A stretch of DNA of 64,000 nt. Source: Tepidisphaera sp. GTDB taxonomy: Bacteria > Planctomycetota > Phycisphaerae > Phycisphaerales > UBA1924. The stretch spans positions 864,001 to 928,000 of the forward strand of contig CP051526.1 in the NCBI GenBank assembly GCA_050916045.1, read 5' to 3'. The notes under the pieces are model-generated. The model saw only the letters and a program-made list of their open reading frames with translations, did no database searches and was not told the DNA's origin. Made by a program: the position numbers and the translations under genes. Below, piece after piece: positions 9,247 to 17,504 of this stretch. Position 1 is the stretch's first letter. Each line of letters begins with the position of its first letter.

Positions 9247-9672
9247 ATGTGCGTCAAGCTTCAGTTTCAGTTCAACAACCAGCAGCGGACCTTGATCATC
9301 GGCCCGGCCGCCGTGATCGGTCTTGTGCCCGTTCCGAACCAGTGCATCGACGCGAGGCACTTCTTCCCCGCGGATGATCGATTCTCGAACCTGACGTAGG
9401 CGAACAAGGACAAGCAGCTTGACGCACTGCGCAACGCGGCGCAGTGTGTCGCGACTTCGTTCGAGGGGTCGCCGGTCGTCTGGCTTTTCTGCACCGAGGG
9501 GCGGTCGCGGTCGCCGCGGGTGGCCGGGGCCTTTCTCAGGAGGCATCTCGGTCTGCCCCCTTTGCAGGTCATGCAGATGCTCCGCGACGGGTACGCGCAC
9601 CACCGAACGGACCAGTGCGTGCAGCAGATGAACGACGAGAACGTGGCGGAATGGATCCACTCCTTGGGGTGA
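9247..9672 (+). pseudogene. Dual-specificity/tyrosine phosphatase-like gene interrupted by an in-frame TAG at 9397-9399
   Basis: GGAGG SD and ATG 9247; reading through the TAG gives FPADD acid loop ... VWLFCTEGRSRSP (CX5R) ... AFLRRHLG, ending at TGA 9670-9672. Confidence 0.7.
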
Positions 9673-9707
9673 TCGTCCGAAGCGTCGCGGCGGCGTTACC
9701 CTCGGGG

Positions 9708-10535
9708 ATGACCACGAACTTCCTGCGTGTCCCTGCTCGCGGCTTGGTGCATCTCTCGCGGATCGATCCACGCTCCACGGCGGGGGTCTCGGTTCCGTCC
9801 CGCGACGAAGAGGCTCTCAAGGAGGTCGCCGAGCAGCGGCTGAAGGAGAACCGCGACACGCTTCAGAAGCTCCAGTACCGCTTGTGGGCGGAGAACAAGC
9901 GGTCGTTGCTAGTCGTTATGCAGGGGATGGACACCTCGGGCAAGGACGGCGTCGTGCGTCACGTGATCGCGGGGATGAACCCCGAGGGGTGCAAGGTCAC
10001 GAGCTTCAAGAAGCCTTCGGAGATCGAGCTCGACCACGACTTCCTGTGGCGGATCCACGCGGCGTGCCCGGCGAACGGGGAGATCGGCGTCTTCAACCGG
10101 TCGCATTATGAGGACGTGCTGGTGGTCCGCGTGCACAACCTGGTCCCCGAGAAGGTCTGGCGCGAGCGGTACGATCTCATCAACGCGTTTGAGCGGTCGC
10201 TGGCGGCGTCGGGCACGACGATCGTCAAGCTCTTCCTGCACATCAGCAAAGCCGAGCAGAAGGAGCGTCTGCTGGCCCGCTTGGCGGACCCGGAGAAGAA
10301 CTGGAAGTTCAACGAGGGGGACATCGCCGAGCGGCGGAAGTGGGCTTCGTACCAGCGGGCGTACGAGGACGCGATCGCCAAGTGCAACACGCCGCACGCG
10401 CCGTGGCACATCATCCCGGCGGATCGGAAGTGGTACAGGAACTGGGCCGTGTCGGAGATCCTGGTGAAGACGCTCGAAGCGATGGACCCCAAGCCGCCGA
10501 AGGGGACGTTTACGGCGGGGCAGTTCAAGTTCTGA
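9708..10535 (+). CDS. ppk2: Polyphosphate kinase 2 family (polyP:nucleotide phosphotransferase)
   Basis: QGMDTSGKDG Walker A, HDFLWR, FNRSHYEDVL, PWHIIPADRKWYRN. Confidence 0.92.
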   Translation: MTTNFLRVPARGLVHLSRIDPRSTAGVSVPSRDEEALKEVAEQRLKENRDTLQKLQYRLWAENKRSLLVVMQGMDTSGKDGVVRHVIAGMNPEGCKVTSFKKPSEIELDHDFLWRIHAACPANGEIGVFNRSHYEDVLVVRVHNLVPEKVWRERYDLINAFERSLAASGTTIVKLFLHISKAEQKERLLARLADPEKNWKFNEGDIAERRKWASYQRAYEDAIAKCNTPHAPWHIIPADRKWYRNWAVSEILVKTLEAMDPKPPKGTFTAGQFKF

Positions 10536-10540
10536 GAAGA

Positions 10541-10616
10541 GGCATCGGGCATCAGGCATCAGGGGAAGGGCGAGCCGTCATCAGGGCCGCGTGCGTTCTT
10601 CCTGGTGCCCGATGCC
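10541..10616. repeat. Short intergenic element: GGCATCR heptamer x3 and a 16-bp imperfect inverted repeat
   Basis: GGCATCGGGCATCAGG (10541-10556) versus CCTGGTGCCCGATGCC (10601-10616). Confidence 0.6.
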
Positions 10617-10626
10617 TTCGTCCCTC

Positions 10627-10663
10627 AAAAAGACAGGCCCCGGTGCTTTCGCACCGGGGCCTG
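10627..10663 (-). terminator. Rho-independent terminator of the distal flagellin
   Basis: 13-bp stem CAGGCCCCGGTGC/GCACCGGGGCCTG with a T-run on the minus strand. Confidence 0.8.
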
Positions 10664-10693
10664 GTGTTCACTCAGACTTTCCTACGTCCCGGC

Positions 10694-12223
10694 TTAGCCC
10701 AGGAGCTGGAGGACCGACTGCGGGGACTGGTTGGCCAGGCCCAGGACGTTCGTCGAAGCCGAGACCAGGATCTGCGACCGGGTGAGGGCCGCCGTCTCGG
10801 TGGCGAAGTCGGCGTCGCGGATGGCGGACTCGGCGGCCTGGCTGTTCTCGACAGCGACGTTCAGGCTGCGGATGGTCGCACCGACCGTGTTCTTCTGGAA
10901 GGCGCCCAGACGGCCGCGGAGGCTCGAGATCTGGTTGATCGACTCGGAGATGATCTTCTGCGCACCGCTGAGGTCAGACACGCTGTCGAGAGCGTTGGTC
11001 TGGCCCGAGCCGAGCGAGGAGAGGTAGCCGTTGGTCGCCGAGCCGAGCTTGCGGACGGCGGTGTCGCTCACGCCGATCGAAACCTTGCCGGCGATGTCGA
11101 CGTTGCCGGCCAGGGCGAAGTTCGCGCCGCCGCCGGTGATGTAGCCCGTCGTCGCGCCGCCGACGCCGCCCAGCGTCTGGGACGCCGAGTTGGTGAAGGT
11201 CAGCTCGACGTCGAGGAAGTCGGTGTTGATGCGGGCCGTCTTGCCGCTGGACACGGCGCGGATGCCGTTGATCGTGGCTTCCACGTCCTGGCCGGTATCA
11301 CGGATGCCGCCGGAGGCCGCGGAGCTGGCCCACGTGCCGGCCGCCGCCGCCTTGGCGACGTCGGTGTCGGTGGCGCTGAGCTGGTAGACGCCCGTACCGC
11401 TGAGGGTCGCGCCACCGGCGAGGACCTTCACGGAGACGATCTCGTTCTCGCCGAAGGAGTTGCTGGTGAGGCGGATACCCGACGTGTTGGTCGAGAGGGT
11501 CGCCGTCACGCCCGTCACGTCGCTGAACGTGTTGATGGACTTGACGACGTTGGAGAGGGCCGTGCCCGAGGTGAAGGTCAGTTCGCGAGCGCCCTTGGTG
11601 CCGCGGACTTCGATCTTGAACTCGGCGCCGGCGACGCTGGACAGGTTGATGCTCGTGCCGCCGAAGTTGGCGTACAGACCGGCCTGCTGAGCGGACTTGG
11701 TCACCAGGGCGTTGAGAGCCTGGCTGGAGCCGTTGAACTTCGCGGCGTTGACGCGGTAGTCGGAGACGCCGGCGGCCATGCCCGAGACCTTGAAGTCATA
11801 GTTGCCGTTGAGGAGCTTGATGCCCTGGAAGCTCGTCGAACCGGCGATGCGGTCGATGGTCTGCAGGATCGAGTCGACCTGCAGCTGGTTGGCTTTCTTC
11901 TCGTCGTCGGAGAGACCGGCGGCCGAAGCGGTGTTGGTCACCAGACCCTGGAGCTCGGTCAGAAGGCCGGAGACTTCCTGAAGACCACCCTCGGCGGTGT
12001 TCACGACCTGGTTGGCGCGGTCCGCGTTGGAGAGAGCGGCCGTGGTCGACTTGATCTGCGACCGGAGCGACTCGGACGCGATCAGACCCGCGGGGTCGTC
12101 CTTACCGCGGTTGATGCGCAGACCCGTCGACAGACGCTCGAGCGTGTTGCCGAGGCCCGCGTTGTTCTGGCCCAGCACGCGCTGGGCGATCATCGACTGA
12201 ACGTTCGAATTGATGCGACTCAT
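10694..12223 (-). CDS. fliC: Flagellin (distal copy)
   Basis: MSRINSNVQS, LERLSTGLRINRGKDDPAGL, IRDADFATE, ANQSPQSVLQLLG. Confidence 0.95.
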   Translation of the reverse strand: MSRINSNVQSMIAQRVLGQNNAGLGNTLERLSTGLRINRGKDDPAGLIASESLRSQIKSTTAALSNADRANQVVNTAEGGLQEVSGLLTELQGLVTNTASAAGLSDDEKKANQLQVDSILQTIDRIAGSTSFQGIKLLNGNYDFKVSGMAAGVSDYRVNAAKFNGSSQALNALVTKSAQQAGLYANFGGTSINLSSVAGAEFKIEVRGTKGARELTFTSGTALSNVVKSINTFSDVTGVTATLSTNTSGIRLTSNSFGENEIVSVKVLAGGATLSGTGVYQLSATDTDVAKAAAAGTWASSAASGGIRDTGQDVEATINGIRAVSSGKTARINTDFLDVELTFTNSASQTLGGVGGATTGYITGGGANFALAGNVDIAGKVSIGVSDTAVRKLGSATNGYLSSLGSGQTNALDSVSDLSGAQKIISESINQISSLRGRLGAFQKNTVGATIRSLNVAVENSQAAESAIRDADFATETAALTRSQILVSASTNVLGLANQSPQSVLQLLG

Positions 12224-12390
12224 GAAAGTCCTCCGTGAACTGCCTCGGACAGCCTTCTGGCTTGCCCGCACCGGTGGGGGATTTCTGATCCCCGCGCTGA
12301 CCCCGCCAAGCCTCCGTGCCTGACGTTCCGGGCCGGCGCCCGGTGCCTGTCGTCTCTCGGACCACCCGAGAGACTCTGTCGTGAGTGGAA

Positions 12391-12416
12391 ATCGACGCTT
12401 CGAAGGGGTGAGTTCA
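12391..12416 (-). promoter_or_regulatory. Possible sigma28-like promoter of the distal flagellin
   Basis: TGAAC-N15-GTCGAT(TT), just downstream of the terminator of the proximal flagellin; imperfect match. Confidence 0.4.
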
Positions 12417-12452
12417 GTCGCTGGCGGATTTTTCCAGTCGTTTATCCCGTGC

Positions 12453-12487
12453 AAAAGGAAAAACCCCTCCGGGTCTCCGGAGGGGTT
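12453..12487 (-). terminator. Rho-independent terminator between the two flagellins
   Basis: Stem AACCCCTCCGG/CCGGAGGGGTT with a T-run on the minus strand. Confidence 0.75.
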
Positions 12488-12563
12488 CGTTCGTGCTCGT
12501 GCGATTATCAGGACCGCGTCTCGTTCGCCCGTGCGGTTATCGAGCCGGTCGTGTCGATCCTCT

Positions 12564-14117
12564 TTAGCCGAGGAGCTGCAGGACCTGCTGGCTCTGCTGG
12601 TTGGCCAGGCCGAGGACGCTGGTGCCCGAGGAGCTCAGGATCTGAGCGCGGGTCAGGTTGCTGGTCTCGGCGGCGAAGTCAGCGTCGCGGATCTGGCTGT
12701 TCGCGGACGAGAGGTTCTCGAACGCGCTCTGCAGGCTTCGGACGTTGGTCTGGAGGACGTTTCGTTCGAAGGCGCCCAGACGGCCGCGGAGGGTCGAGAC
12801 CTCGTCGATGGCTTTGTCGAGGATCGTCGTCGCCTGCGTGAAGTCGTTGGTGCGGACGCTGTCGGCGATGGAGAAGCCCTGGCCGGTCTTGAGGGCCGAC
12901 AGGTACTGGACCGTGCCGTTGATCAGGGTCGCGCCCAGCGAGGAGGTGGCCATGGACGGGATGCCCAGGTTGGTCTGCTGCGGAGCGGTGACGTCCTGAC
13001 CGAGCTGGAAGAGGGCGCCGCCGCCTGTGATGCGGAAGCTCGTGGGCGTCGCGGTCGGATCGGTGGCGAAGACTTCGCTCAGCACAAGGTCCACGCCGAG
13101 GGTGGATCCGTTGGAGGAGAGAGCCAGCCCGCGGCCGGTGCCCAAGGCGCCGTTGATGAGAGCCTGGACGTCCTTGCCGTTGTCGCGCTGGGCGGTGGTG
13201 AGGGTGCCGTTGCCGGTGAGGGTGGCCCAGTCGGCGGGGCTGCCCAGCGCGGGGTTGGCGTTGTTGGCGAAGTTGTACGTCGTCCAGGAGTTGCCGGTGG
13301 CCGGGGCGCCGATGCGCTTGACGGAGACGAACTGCTCGGAGCCGTAGTCGGAGCTGCGGAAGACCAGACCCGAAGCCATCGTGTTGTTGATCAGGCCCGC
13401 GGTCACGCCGGTGAAAGACGTGGTGTTGTTGATCGCGGCCATGACCGACGAGAGCGTCGCGCTCACGGGGAACTGGAACGTCTGGACGCCCTTGGCGCCG
13501 GTGACCTCGAGGGTCATCGCGGAGAGGAGGCGGCCGGGGTTGGTCGTGCCCGGGTTGTAGTAGAGCCCGGCTTTCTGGGCGCTGGCGACGACGTCGACGG
13601 TCACCTGGAGGTTCGGCTGGTTGACCAGCGAAGCGTTCCAGACGCGTGCGGTCGTGATGGCGCTGGTGCGGACGCCGGAGAGGTTGTAGTCCAGCGAGCC
13701 GTTGAGGAGCTTGAGGCGTCCGAAGCTGGCGGTGTTGCTGAGACGGGTGAGGGAGTCCAGAGCGGAGTCGATCTGGAGCTGGTTGGCGTTTCGTTCCTCG
13801 AGGCTGTTACCGCCGGTGTTGGCGGCTTCGACCATCAGGCTCTTGATGGAGTTGAGGAGCTCCGAGGCTTCGTTGAGCGCGGCCTCGGTGGTCGCGATGA
13901 CGGAGCTTGCACGCTCGGAGTTCTTGACGCCGCTGTTGATGCCGTTGAGGTCGGACTTGATGCGTTCGGACACGATGAGTCCGGCGGGGTCGTCGGCACC
14001 GCGGTTGATGCGCAGGCCTGTGGAGAGGCGTTCAAAGCGGAGCGAGAGGTCCCGCTGTGACTTGGTCAGGTTTGACTGGGCGACGACGCTCGAAATGTTG
14101 GTGTTGATCCGTGCCAT
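12564..14117 (-). CDS. fliC: Flagellin (proximal copy)
   Basis: MARINTNISS, ERLSTGLRINRGADDPAGL, IRDADFAAE, VLQLLG. Confidence 0.95.
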   Translation of the reverse strand: MARINTNISSVVAQSNLTKSQRDLSLRFERLSTGLRINRGADDPAGLIVSERIKSDLNGINSGVKNSERASSVIATTEAALNEASELLNSIKSLMVEAANTGGNSLEERNANQLQIDSALDSLTRLSNTASFGRLKLLNGSLDYNLSGVRTSAITTARVWNASLVNQPNLQVTVDVVASAQKAGLYYNPGTTNPGRLLSAMTLEVTGAKGVQTFQFPVSATLSSVMAAINNTTSFTGVTAGLINNTMASGLVFRSSDYGSEQFVSVKRIGAPATGNSWTTYNFANNANPALGSPADWATLTGNGTLTTAQRDNGKDVQALINGALGTGRGLALSSNGSTLGVDLVLSEVFATDPTATPTSFRITGGGALFQLGQDVTAPQQTNLGIPSMATSSLGATLINGTVQYLSALKTGQGFSIADSVRTNDFTQATTILDKAIDEVSTLRGRLGAFERNVLQTNVRSLQSAFENLSSANSQIRDADFAAETSNLTRAQILSSSGTSVLGLANQQSQQVLQLLG

Positions 14118-14120
14118 GAG

Positions 14121-14138
14121 GCAATCCTCCGTGATTGC
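14121..14138 (-). promoter_or_regulatory. CsrA-type hairpin overlapping the flagellin SD
   Basis: GCAATC-ACGGAG-GATTGC: perfect 6-bp stem with an ANGGAN hexaloop, 3 nt before the ATG. Confidence 0.7.
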
Positions 14139-14174
14139 TGAGGGTGATTAAGGAACGATGCCGAGAAATTACTC

Positions 14175-14190
14175 GCAAGTACCGTGCCAA
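14175..14190 (-). promoter_or_regulatory. sigma54 promoter of the proximal flagellin
   Basis: TTGGCACG-GTAC-TTGC on the minus strand. Confidence 0.75.
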
Positions 14191-14209
14191 ACTCGGTGGT
14201 TCGTGGCTT

Positions 14210-14608
14210 TCACCGGTTCCCCGCCGACGCGATCCTCGCGCCGGTGTTGTGAGTCGGGGGGGTGTTGTGGACGACTGTCGCCGGGAGTGCGATTGGGTTT
14301 GTTCCGGCGACGGGCGTGACCAGCTTGGTCCGCCCGGGATTCTGCTTGACGGGCCCGCGGGTCTTTGTCGGGCCTGGTTTGACCGTTCCGATGATCGAGG
14401 GGGCCGAGGGGAGGGCGGTTTCCGCCTGCTGGGCCGCTTCGCGGTTCTCCCGTCCGATCGCTTCGTACACCTCTTTGCGGTGCACGGCGATCCTGGCGGG
14501 GGCGGAGATGCCGAGGCGGATCTTGTCCCCCCGGATGTCCACCACCGTGATTTCGATCTCGTCTCCGATCATGATGGTCTCGTCGCGCAAACGACTCAAT
14601 ACCAGCAT
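14210..14608 (-). CDS. csrA: Carbon storage regulator CsrA with a long C-terminal extension
   Basis: MLVLSR...IMIGD...IRLGISAP...[13 protein letters not shown] resembles the NxxA motif of FliW-type CsrA. Confidence 0.93.
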   Translation of the reverse strand: MLVLSRLRDETIMIGDEIEITVVDIRGDKIRLGISAPARIAVHRKEVYEAIGRENREAAQQAETALPSAPSIIGTVKPGPTKTRGPVKQNPGRTKLVTPVAGTNPIALPATVVHNTPPTHNTGARIASAGNR

Positions 14609-14798
14609 GTGAATGCTCCTTGGTACGTACCGCGCAGAAGGGGGTAGCCGCTGAAGCGGGTGTGTGGATCTCCTCCGGCGCGCGTGCCCGGGGAGAGCGA
14701 AGGGGAATGGTGAAGGTCTCTGTCGTCATGGGTCATGCGGGCGGGGCGCGAAAGGCGCGCAATCGCCGCCGATGAATGGAGACTGTCGTTTCGCCGGA

Positions 14799-15254
14799 TC
14801 AGGCCGGGATGGCCTGGGCCACCGGCGTCTCCGCCGTGACTTTGACCAGCGTGTGCCGGGTCGTCCAGCGGCGGTCCGCCAGGACCACCTGCTCGCCCTC
14901 GCGCGTGATCGTGTTGATCACCAGCGGGCCCTGCAGGTTGCCGGTCAGCGTCTCGTCAACTTTGTTCACGATCACGAACACCTGGGCGTCCTCGAGCTTC
15001 GCCAGCTTCAGGTCCGCCATCTGCTCGGACTTGATCGGCACCGAGTAGTCCGTGAAGAAGAGCGAGGGATCCGTCACGACGAACGCGAGGGACGGCTCCT
15101 CGATCGACTGGAGCCAGAAGAACGCGGAGTCGTTGCCGGGTTCGAGCAGGCAGTAATTCCGCTGGGTACCAAACCCAAGGAGTCCCTTGGGGAAGGTGAT
15201 CACCCGGTCATCCGGGATATTGATCACGCCGAATCGAGTGGTCTTCACTTCCAT
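14799..15254 (-). CDS. fliW: Flagellar assembly factor FliW
   Basis: MEVKTTRFG, ITFPKGLLGF, FWLQS, GNLQGPLVIN. Confidence 0.92.
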   Translation of the reverse strand: MEVKTTRFGVINIPDDRVITFPKGLLGFGTQRNYCLLEPGNDSAFFWLQSIEEPSLAFVVTDPSLFFTDYSVPIKSEQMADLKLAKLEDAQVFVIVNKVDETLTGNLQGPLVINTITREGEQVVLADRRWTTRHTLVKVTAETPVAQAIPA

Positions 15255-15407
15255 GACACGCTCCGCGTATTCGACCTGGTTTCCTTGTCCGCAGCGGAGT
15301 CCTCCGCCGGCGACGTCCTGTCTCCGTACGCGCCGAGGTCGAGCGGCGCGCACGCGTTGTTCCACAATCAGCGCCCTCGGGCTCTCGCCCGCCGCGCCGC
15401 TCACCGG

Positions 15408-17462
15408 CTACCTGAGGAAATCCAGGAGCGTCTGCCCCTGCATCAGGCTGCTCACCTGGTACCCGGCCTGGAGCTGCGTCTGCAGGAGGCTGAGCCGCAT
15501 GGCCGCTTCCGTGTAGTCCGTGTCTCGCAGTTCTGACCTGATCCTGGTGTCCATGGTCGTCTGGTCCTCTACCAACCGCTCGGCGAAATCGACGCGCTTC
15601 GCGTACCCGCCGACGAGCCCGCGGACCTCGGTCAGGCGACCGATTGCCGCGTCCACGCTTTCTCCCGCAATTGCGATGCCAGTCGTGTCGTTGGTCGACA
15701 GCGCGTCGCGAAGATCCATCAGATCGGTGAAGAGATTCTGCGGGCGGACCTTCGCCACGTCGCTCGCCGTGTAACGCGAAGCGGACGCGTCGTATGAGCC
15801 GGTCGAGATGCCAAGGTCCGTCAGAGCCTGAGAGTTGTTGAGCTGGCTGAAGGTGATCGCTCCGGCGAACGCCGCGTTCTGCGTGAACGCAAGCCCGTTG
15901 CCGTCCGGAGCCAGGCCGACCGTGAAATCGCCCGGTGCGAGGCCCGCCGAAGCAAGCTGCGTCGCGACCTGCGAGTTCACCGCCGCCAGCATCGTCTGCA
16001 CCGTCGCCATATCCGCCGGCGTCAGGTCGATCGTGAGCTGTGTCGCCGCTCCGTTGCCCAGCGTGATCGTGAAATCAGAGTTCAGTGCCGCCGTCGCCGT
16101 GCCTGTCGTCGGGTCCACCACGCCGTCAACGATCCGCACGCCGCGGCCGTCGTTGAAGTCCGACAAGCGGGTCGATTGCGCGAGCGTGCGGATGCCCAGA
16201 GCCGAAGCCGTGGTCCCGCCGGAAACCTCTTCGACCGAGAGCGCGAGCGCCCGGCCGCCGGAAACCTCGGTGACGACGTCGATCCCGGTGCCGGCGGCGT
16301 TGATCACGACGCGCGTGCCGGGGGATGCGGCTTCGATCCTGTTGCGGATGTCCTCGAGGGTGGTCGCGGCCGAGAGATCCACGACCGTCGAGCCGCCGGC
16401 GTTCTTCACGCGGATCGAGCCCAGCGGGCCGGTGAGACCGGCCATGGAAGCGACCGAGGTGGACCAGTTCAGCTTGGGAGCAAGGTCCAGGCCCGCTTGC
16501 GCGAGCGGGGTAAACGTGAACGGCACGTCGGCGGAGAGGCCCAGGTCGCGGGCCGTGGCGCCGGCGCCGATGTCGAAGAACTGCACCGTCTGGCCGGCGG
16601 CGACGTCGAGGGTGAAGCCTTCGCCGGAGATGCTCACGCCTCCGGGGCCCAGGACGGTCACGCTGTTGTCGGTTTCGTACTGGCGGATCGCCGCGGTGAG
16701 CTGGGTCGCGATGTCGCCAGCGGTATCCGCGGAAGAGAGATCGACGGAGATGCGAGGACCACCGCCGACGCTGAACTCGACCGTGCCGGGAACGACGCCG
16801 AGGCTTCGGGCTCCGCCCAGATCGGCCAGACGGGTCGTCGCGGTCAGGTTGGGGTCAAGGTCGACATCGCCGCGGACGCGGGCGGAGGTCGAGCCGATCG
16901 GGTTGTTGGGCGACATTGTGATCGGCACGCTTCGGGCGATGTCCAGATCGGTGGTGATGCCGGGGCCGGAATTCAGGAAGCGGACGCCGCCGCGGAACTC
17001 GACAAAGGGCTGCTGGCCGGGCTGGCTGCCGCCGAAGAGGTGGCCGGCGACACCCTTGCGGTTGCCCTGCGAGAGCAGGCTGCTGATGAGCTGCTGGACG
17101 ATCGGGGCTTGCGAAGCCCGATCGCCCGCGGTGAAGGTGGAGTTGAGCATCTCGGAAGCGATCTGCTTGGCTTCCAGACCGATGGTGTTCACCTCGCCGA
17201 GGGCGTTGTCGAGATCGTTGAGCGCGGATTGTGCGTGCACGATGTTGCGCTTGCGCTGTTCCGTGCGCTCCAAGCGGTCGTCCAAAGCCCCGATGAGGGA
17301 GGACTTGACCGGGCTGTCGCTGATCCGGTTGATCGCGCGGCCGGTGGAGAGCTGTTCTTGGACGTTGAGCAGGCCCACGCTCGCGCGGTTGATGTTCGCG
17401 AGCGAAAGCCGCGAGGTCATCAGGTTGGGGACGCGGGAGAGATGTGGGGGGATCGTGCTCAT
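15408..17462 (-). CDS. flgL: Flagellar hook-associated protein 3 (long form)
   Basis: EQLSTGRAINRISDSP, HLFGG, DTDYTEA, TLLDFLR; directly downstream of flgK. Confidence 0.88.
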   Translation of the reverse strand: MSTIPPHLSRVPNLMTSRLSLANINRASVGLLNVQEQLSTGRAINRISDSPVKSSLIGALDDRLERTEQRKRNIVHAQSALNDLDNALGEVNTIGLEAKQIASEMLNSTFTAGDRASQAPIVQQLISSLLSQGNRKGVAGHLFGGSQPGQQPFVEFRGGVRFLNSGPGITTDLDIARSVPITMSPNNPIGSTSARVRGDVDLDPNLTATTRLADLGGARSLGVVPGTVEFSVGGGPRISVDLSSADTAGDIATQLTAAIRQYETDNSVTVLGPGGVSISGEGFTLDVAAGQTVQFFDIGAGATARDLGLSADVPFTFTPLAQAGLDLAPKLNWSTSVASMAGLTGPLGSIRVKNAGGSTVVDLSAATTLEDIRNRIEAASPGTRVVINAAGTGIDVVTEVSGGRALALSVEEVSGGTTASALGIRTLAQSTRLSDFNDGRGVRIVDGVVDPTTGTATAALNSDFTITLGNGAATQLTIDLTPADMATVQTMLAAVNSQVATQLASAGLAPGDFTVGLAPDGNGLAFTQNAAFAGAITFSQLNNSQALTDLGISTGSYDASASRYTASDVAKVRPQNLFTDLMDLRDALSTNDTTGIAIAGESVDAAIGRLTEVRGLVGGYAKRVDFAERLVEDQTTMDTRIRSELRDTDYTEAAMRLSLLQTQLQAGYQVSSLMQGQTLLDFLR

Positions 17463-17504
17463 GGTCGCGGTTCTTCATCGCAAACCGCGTGCCAGATGAC
17501 CCGT

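Noticed and set aside
9397..9399. Pyrrolysine recoding as the explanation for the amber codon
   Set aside because: No pyl genes in the window, and TAG serves as a normal stop elsewhere here (for example LON-N, flgL, ispG, dinB)
14748..14775. GCCGATGA that might be a sigma28 -10 element near csrA
   Set aside because: Wrong orientation for csrA and no -35 match at the 15-nt spacing
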